DNA of 39,465 nucleotides from a virus (Duplodnaviria; Heunggongvirae; Uroviricota; Caudoviricetes): IMG/VR virus record IMGVR_UViG_2526164598_000015; one strand, 5' to 3'. Shown piece by piece: positions 33,894 to 39,465 of this stretch (position 1 is its first letter; each line of letters starts with the position of its first letter). The notes under the pieces were generated by a model. It saw only the letters and a program-made list of their open reading frames with translations, ran no database searches and was not told where the DNA came from. The position numbers and the translations under genes were made by a program.

Positions 33894-34432
33894 AAACGGG
33901 GGCTGAAGCCATCCGGGCACTGGCCACACAGCTCCCGGCGTTTCGTCAGAAACTGAGCGATGGCTGGTATCAGGTACGGATTGCCGGGCGGGATGCAGGA
34001 GAAACCGAATTATCATCCCGTCTTAATGAGCCGCTGGCAAATGGTGCCGTGATCCACATCGTGCCGCGTCTTGCGGGAGCAAAAAGTGGCGGTGTGTTTC
34101 AGGCGGTGCTGGGTGCGGCGTTGATTGCTACGGCAATCTGGATGCCGGGGATCAGTATCGCTTTCAGTGACATTCTCTTTTCAATGGGTGCGGCGATGAC
34201 GCTTGGTGGTGTGGCGCAGATGCTGGCACCGAAAGCCAGAACTCCACGTACACAGACAACGGATAACGGCAAACAGAACACCTATTTCTCCTCACTGGAT
34301 AACATGGTTGCCCAGGGCAATGTCCTGCCTGTTCTGTACGGTGAAATGCGCGTGGGGTCACGTGTGGCATCTCAGGAGATCAGCACGGCAGATGAAGGGG
34401 ATGGTGGTCAGGTTGTGGTAATTGGGCGGTAA
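33791..34432 (+). CDS. I: Tail assembly protein I
   Basis: Starts MAATHTLPLASPGMARICLYGDLQRFG... as lambda I; overlaps K 3' end. Confidence 0.85.
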   Translation: MAATHTLPLASPGMARICLYGDLQRFGRRIDLRVKTGAEAIRALATQLPAFRQKLSDGWYQVRIAGRDAGETELSSRLNEPLANGAVIHIVPRLAGAKSGGVFQAVLGAALIATAIWMPGISIAFSDILFSMGAAMTLGGVAQMLAPKARTPRTQTTDNGKQNTYFSSLDNMVAQGNVLPVLYGEMRVGSRVASQEISTADEGDGGQVVVIGR

Positions 34433-34504
34433 TATTATTTACTCATGTTCTAACTGATTTAATATTTATATCGAACACTGATAATTATTCTATTGGTTAG
34501 CTAT

Positions 34505-34843
34505 ATGAACAAAACGATTTTATTCTGCACGATTATTGCCTTAACAGGATGTAAATCTTTGGATTACGTAAAATCCGGAAAACCTGTAATGGAAGGTAAT
34601 TCATTAAAAAATATTGATGAATTGTCAGGCTGCATATCCAGACAATGGGCTGGTAATGGAACACCTATAACATCCCTTCCTATTGAGAATGGGGTAAGCC
34701 TTTTAGTTCCACAGGCTATGGGGGGATATGATGTTGTGCTTGATATCAAAAAAGCAGGAAATGGCAGTAGTTTTACTCTTTATGAACGTGTACCAGCATT
34801 AACGCCAAAAATTTTTGCTGATAGTGTTAATGCATGTAAATAA
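34505..34843 (+). CDS. AT-rich moron lipoprotein (lipobox LTGC) inserted between tail genes I and J; candidate superinfection-exclusion / receptor-masking protein
   Basis: Signal peptide MNKTILFCTIIALTGC; markedly AT-rich versus flanking tail genes; followed by own terminator. Confidence 0.6.
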   Translation: MNKTILFCTIIALTGCKSLDYVKSGKPVMEGNSLKNIDELSGCISRQWAGNGTPITSLPIENGVSLLVPQAMGGYDVVLDIKKAGNGSSFTLYERVPALTPKIFADSVNACK

Positions 34844-34867
34844 TAGTTAATCCTGCCGTAACTCATG

Positions 34868-34895
34868 AGCCGCCTTTTGGGCGGCTTTGTTGTTT
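34868..34895 (+). terminator. Intrinsic terminator after the moron lipoprotein
   Basis: AGCCGCC-TTTTG-GGCGGCT hairpin followed by T-rich tract. Confidence 0.55.
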
Positions 34896-34909
34896 ATGGA
34901 GTGTGAGGA

Positions 34910-37900
34910 ATGGGTAAAGGAAGCAGTAAGGGGCATACCCCGCGCGAAGCGAAGGACAACCTGAAGTCCACGCAGCTGCTGAGTGTGATCGATGCCATCA
35001 GCGAAGGGCCGGTTGAAGGTCCGGTGGACGGATTAAAAAGCGTGCTGCTGAACAGTACGCCGGTGCTGGACAGTGAGGGGAATACCAATATATCCGGTGT
35101 CACGGTGGTGTTCCGGGCAGGTGAGCAGGAGCAGACACCGCCGGAGGGATTTGAATCCTCCGGATCCGAGACGGTGCTGGGTACGGAAGTGAAATACGAC
35201 ACGCCGATCACCCGGACCATCACGTCGGCAAACATTGACCGACTGCGTTTTACCTTCGGCGTGCAGGCACTGGTGGAAACCACCTCAAAGGGGGACAGGA
35301 ATCCGTCGGAAGTCCGCCTGCTGGTTCAGATCCAGCGTAATGGTGGCTGGGTGACGGAAAAAGACATCACCATTAAGGGCAAAACCACCTCGCAGTATCT
35401 GGCCTCGGTGGTGGTGGGTAACCTGCCGCCGCGCCCGTTCAATATACGGATGCGCAGGATGACGCCGGACAGCACCACAGACCAGCTGCAGAACAAAACG
35501 CTCTGGTCGTCATACACTGAAATCATCGATGTGAAACAGTGCTACCCGAACACGGCACTGGTCGGCGTGCAGGTGGACTCGGAACAGTTCGGCAGCCAGC
35601 AGGTGAGCCGTAATTATCATCTGCGCGGGCGTATTCTGCAGGTGCCGTCGAACTATAACCCGCAGACGCGGCAATACAGCGGTATCTGGGACGGGACGTT
35701 TAAACCGGCATACAGCAACAATATGGCATGGTGTCTGTGGGATATGCTGACCCATCCGCGCTACGGCATGGGGAAACGTCTTGGTGCGGCGGATGTGGAC
35801 AAATGGGCGCTGTATGTCATCGGCCAGTATTGCGACCAGTCGGTGCCGGACGGCTTTGGCGGCACGGAGCCGCGCATCGCCTGTAATGCGTACCTGACCA
35901 CACAGCGAAAGGCGTGGGATGTGCTCAGTGATTTCTGCTCGGCGATGCGCTGTATGCCGGTATGGAACGGGCAGACGCTGACGTTCGTGCAGGACCGACC
36001 GTCGGATAAGGTGTGGACCTATAACCGCAGTAATGTGGTGATGCCGGATGATGGCGCACCGTTCCGCTACAGCTTCAGTGCCCTGAAGGACCGTCATAAT
36101 GCCGTTGAAGTGAACTGGATTGACCCGGATAACGGCTGGGAGACGGCAACAGAGCTTGTGGAGGACTCGCAGGCCATTGCCCGTTACGGTCGTAACGTCA
36201 CGAAGATGGATGCCTTTGGCTGTACCAGCCGGGGGCAGGCACACCGAGCCGGGCTGTGGCTGATTAAAACGGAGCTGCTGGAAACGCAGACCGTGGACTT
36301 CAGCGTGGGTGCAGAAGGGCTTCGCCATGTACCGGGCGATGTCATTGAAATCTGTGATGATGACTATGCCGGTATCAGCATCGGCGGGCGCGTGCTGGCG
36401 GTGAACAGCCAGACGCGGACACTGACGCTCGACCGTGAAATCACGCTGCCATCCTCCGGCACCACGCTGATAAGCCTGGTTGACGGACAGGGGAATCCGG
36501 TCAGCGTGGAGGTCCAGTCCGTCACCGACGGCGTGAAGGTGAAAGTGAGCCGTGTTCCTGACGGCGTTGCCGAATACAGCGTGTGGGGGCTGAAGCTGCC
36601 GACGCTGCGCCAGCGCCTGTTCCGCTGCGTGAGTATCCGTGAGAACGATGGCGGCACGTATGCCATCACCGCCGTGCAGCATGTACCGGAAAAAGAAGCC
36701 ATCGTGGATAACGGGGCGCACTTTGACGGCGACCAGAGCGGCACGGTGAATGGTGTCACGCCGCCAGCGGTGCAGCACCTGACTGCCGAAGTCACCGCAG
36801 ACAGCGGGGAGTATCAGGTACTGGCCCGCTGGGACACGCCGAAGGTGGTGAAGGGCGTGAGCTTCCTGCTTCGCCTGACCGTGACAGCGGACGATGGCAG
36901 TGAGCGGCTGGTCAGCACGGCCCGGACGACGGAAACCACATACCGCTTCAGGCAGCTGGCGCTGGGGCGTTACATGTTGACGGTCCGGGCGGTAAATGCG
37001 TGGGGACAGCAGGGCGACCCGGCGTCGGTATCGTTCCGGATTGCCGCACCGGCAGCGCCGTCGCGGATTGAGCTGACGCCGGGCTATTTTCAGATAACCG
37101 CCACGCCGCATCTTGCCGTTTATGACCCGACGGTACAGTTTGAGTTCTGGTTTTCGGAAAAGCGGATTACCGATATCAGGAAGGTTGAAACCACAGCGCG
37201 CTATCTTGGCACGGGGCTGTACTGGATAGCCGCCAGTATCAATATCAAACCGGGCCATGATTATTATTTTTACGTTCGCAGTGTGAACACCGTTGGCAAA
37301 TCGGCATTCGTGGAGGCTGTTGGTCAGCCGAGTGATGATGCATCCGGTTATCTGGATTTTTTCAAAGGCGAGATAGGGAAAACCCATCTGGCTCAGGAGC
37401 TGTGGACGCAGATTGATAACGGTCAGCTTGCGCCTGACCTGGCTGAAATCAGGACGTCCATTAAGGATGTCAGCAATGAAATCACGCAGACCGTCAATAA
37501 GAAACTGGAAGACCAGAGTGCGGCAATTCAGCAGATACAGAAAGTTCAGGTTGATACAAATAATAACCTGAACAGCATGTGGGCTGTGAAGCTGCAACAG
37601 ATGAAGGACGGACGCCTTTATATTGCGGGTATCGGTGCCGGTATTGAGAATACGCCAGCAGGAATGCAGAGTCAGGTGCTGCTGGCGGTCAGACAGGATT
37701 GCGATGATTAATCCTGCGAATGGCAACACAAAGCCGATGTTTGTTGGTCAGGGCGATCAGATATTCATGAACGACGTGTTCCTGAAACGCCTGACGGCTC
37801 CGACCATTACCAGCGGCGGTAATCCTCCGGCATTTTCCCTGACACCGGACGGGCGGCTGACGGCGAAAAATGCCGATATCAGCGGTAACGTGAATGCGAA

Positions 37901-38389
37901 CTCCGGGACGCTCAACAACGTCACGATTAACGAGAACTGTCGGGTTCTGGGAAAACTGTCCGCCAACCAGATTGAAGGCGATCTCGTTAAAACAGTGGGC
38001 AAAGCTTTCCCCCGGGATCCCGTGCACCGGAGCGGTGGCCATCAGGGACCATTACCGTCAGGGTTTATGACGATCAGCCGTTTGACCGGCAAATTGTTAT
38101 TCCGGCGGTGGCATTCAGTGGCGCTAAGCATGAGAGAGAGCATACTGATATTTACTCCTCATGCCGTCTGATAGTGCGGAAAAACGGTGCTGAAATTTAT
38201 AACCGTACCGCGCTGGATAATACGCTGATTTACAGTGGCGTTATTGATATGCCTGCCGGTCACGGTCACATGACACTGGAGTTTTCGGTGTCAGCATGGC
38301 TGGTAAATAACTGGTATCCCACAGCAAGTATCAGCGATTTGCTGGTTGTGGTGATGAAGAAAGCCACTACAGGCATCACGATTAGCTGA
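34910..38389 (+). pseudogene. J: Tail tip / host specificity protein J, reading frame interrupted by two compensating frameshifts (frame A 34910-37711, frame B about 37690-38020, back to frame A about 38020-38389)
   Basis: N-terminal 930 aa near-identical to lambda J; frame A hits TAA at 37709-37711; the lambda-like continuation ([18 protein letters not shown]...AFPR) is in another frame, and the final segment ([21 protein letters not shown]...) returns to the first frame. Confidence 0.7.
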
Positions 38390-38408
38390 ATTTTATAACC
38401 CAGATACG

Positions 38409-38432
38409 GGCACCAGAAATGGTGCCTTTTTT
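38409..38432 (+). terminator. Intrinsic terminator after J
   Basis: GGCACC-AGAAAT-GGTGCC hairpin followed by TTTTTT. Confidence 0.6.
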
Positions 38433-38456
38433 ATTGCAGAAAAGCGAGAGGTAATT

Positions 38457-39056
38457 ATGCGTAAATTATGTGCTGTTATTCTGTCCGCAGTAGTCTGGCT
38501 GGTTGCCGCTGGTATGCCAGCGAGCGCAGCAGAGCATCAGTCCACACTAAGCGCCGGGTATCTTCAGACCCATACTGATATGCCAGGCAGCGATGATCTG
38601 AACGGGATTAACGTGAAATACCGTTATGAGTTTACGGACACGCTGGGGCTGGTGACGTCATTCAGTTATGCCAATGCCAAAGATGAGCAAAAAACGCATT
38701 ACAGCGATACCCGCTGGCATGAAGATTCCGTTCGTAACCGCTGGTTCAGCGTAATGGCGGGGCCGTCTGTGCGCGTGAATGAATGGTTCAGCGCGTATGC
38801 GATGGCGGGTGTAGCTTACAGCCGTGTGTCGACTTTCTCCGGGGATTATCTTCGCGTAACTGACAACAAGGGGAAAAAGCACGATGTGCTGACCGGAAGT
38901 GATGACGGTCGCCACAGCAACACGTCTCTGGCGTGGGGGGCTGGCGTGCAGTTTAACCCGACCGAATCCGTGGCCATTGATATTGCTTATGAAGGCTCCG
39001 GCAGTGGTGACTGGCGCACTGACGGTTTCATCGTGGGTGTCGGTTATAAATTCTGA
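38457..39056 (+). CDS. lom: Lom-like outer membrane protein (Ail/Lom/PagC family beta-barrel)
   Basis: 199 aa with signal peptide; alternating aromatic beta-strand pattern; C-terminal ..GVGYKF; position between J and stf as in lambda. Confidence 0.9.
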   Translation: MRKLCAVILSAVVWLVAAGMPASAAEHQSTLSAGYLQTHTDMPGSDDLNGINVKYRYEFTDTLGLVTSFSYANAKDEQKTHYSDTRWHEDSVRNRWFSVMAGPSVRVNEWFSAYAMAGVAYSRVSTFSGDYLRVTDNKGKKHDVLTGSDDGRHSNTSLAWGAGVQFNPTESVAIDIAYEGSGSGDWRTDGFIVGVGYKF

Positions 39057-39082
39057 TTAGCCAGGTAACACAGTGTTATGAC

Positions 39083-39110
39083 AGCCCGCCGGTTCAGGCG
39101 GGCTTTTTTG
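39083..39110 (+). terminator. Intrinsic terminator after lom
   Basis: AGCCCGCC-GGTTCA-GGCGGGCT hairpin followed by TTTTTT. Confidence 0.65.
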
Positions 39111-39120
39111 TGGGGTGAAT

Positions 39121-39465
39121 ATGGCAGTAAAGATTTCAGGTGTACTGAAAGACGGCACAGGAAAACCGGTACAGAACTGCACAATCCAGCTGAAAGCAAA
39201 ACGTAACAGCACCACGGTGGTGGTGAACACGCTGGCCTCAGAAAATCCGGATGAAGCCGGGCGTTACAGCATGGACGTTGAGTACGGTCAGTACAGCGTT
39301 ATTCTGTTGGTGGAAGGGTTCCCGCCGTCACATGTCGGGACCATCACCGTGTATGAAGATTCCCGACCCGGTACGCTGAATGATTTTCTCGGTGCCATGA
39401 CGGAGGATGATGCCCGTCCGGAGGCTCTGCGCCGTTTTGAACTGATGGTGGAAGAGGTGGCGCGT
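39121..39465 (+). CDS. stf: Side tail fiber protein, N-terminal part (runs off window end)
   Basis: MAVKISGVLKDGTGKPVQNCTIQLKAKRNSTTVVVNT... near-identical to lambda Stf N-terminus as recalled; no stop before window end. Confidence 0.85.
   Translation, partial: MAVKISGVLKDGTGKPVQNCTIQLKAKRNSTTVVVNTLASENPDEAGRYSMDVEYGQYSVILLVEGFPPSHVGTITVYEDSRPGTLNDFLGAMTEDDARPEALRRFELMVEEVAR

Larger units (their letters stand above)
1..39465. mobile_element. Lambdoid prophage (lambda-like siphovirus), integrase-proximal end through start of side tail fiber gene; att sites not in window
   Basis: Gene order int-xis-exonuclease-cI-cro-replication-rusA-Q-lysis-cos-terminase-portal-capsid-tail; tail proteins Z/U/V/G/H/M/L/K/I/J/lom/stf closely match lambda as recalled. 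Confidence 0.9.

Noticed and set aside
35510-37729. 739-aa ORF on the minus strand opposite gene J
   Set aside because: The plus strand encodes a protein near-identical to lambda J; the antisense open frame is the usual artefact of long GC-rich coding sequence and has no protein-like features

Overview
This 39.5-kb window is one near-complete lambdoid prophage, read from its integrase end (the att junction lies outside the window). Modules in order: int/xis and a large RecE-like exonuclease (minus strand); a small-gene early-left region; a CI/Cro/CII-like immunity switch; a replication initiator whose coding sequence carries GTCACG iterons; an accessory (nin-like) region; RusA and a Q-like late regulator with a downstream promoter/terminator; an orphan N6-adenine methyltransferase and three tRNA genes; a lysis cassette with an M15-peptidase endolysin; a lambda-like cos site; terminase, portal and a fused protease-capsid gene; and a lambda-type tail (Z, U, V, G/GT, H, M, L, K, I, J, lom, stf start). 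Most tail proteins are close to phage lambda as I recall its sequences. The most interesting part is an AT-rich island at about 9.5-12.2 kb carrying a reading-frame-split HTH gene, a two-gene cassette (304-aa soluble protein plus 159-aa four-helix membrane protein) that looks like a displaced RexA/RexB-type abortive-infection pair, and a divergent hok/sok-type toxin locus. Other notable points are an AT-rich lipoprotein moron between tail genes I and J, a J gene interrupted by two compensating frameshifts, a tightly coupled three-gene operon with a DUF4406-like protein, and a 550-bp structured non-coding stretch in the early-left region. All calls rest on reading the sequence and on remembered family signatures; no database search was run, so homology statements are hypotheses to verify.
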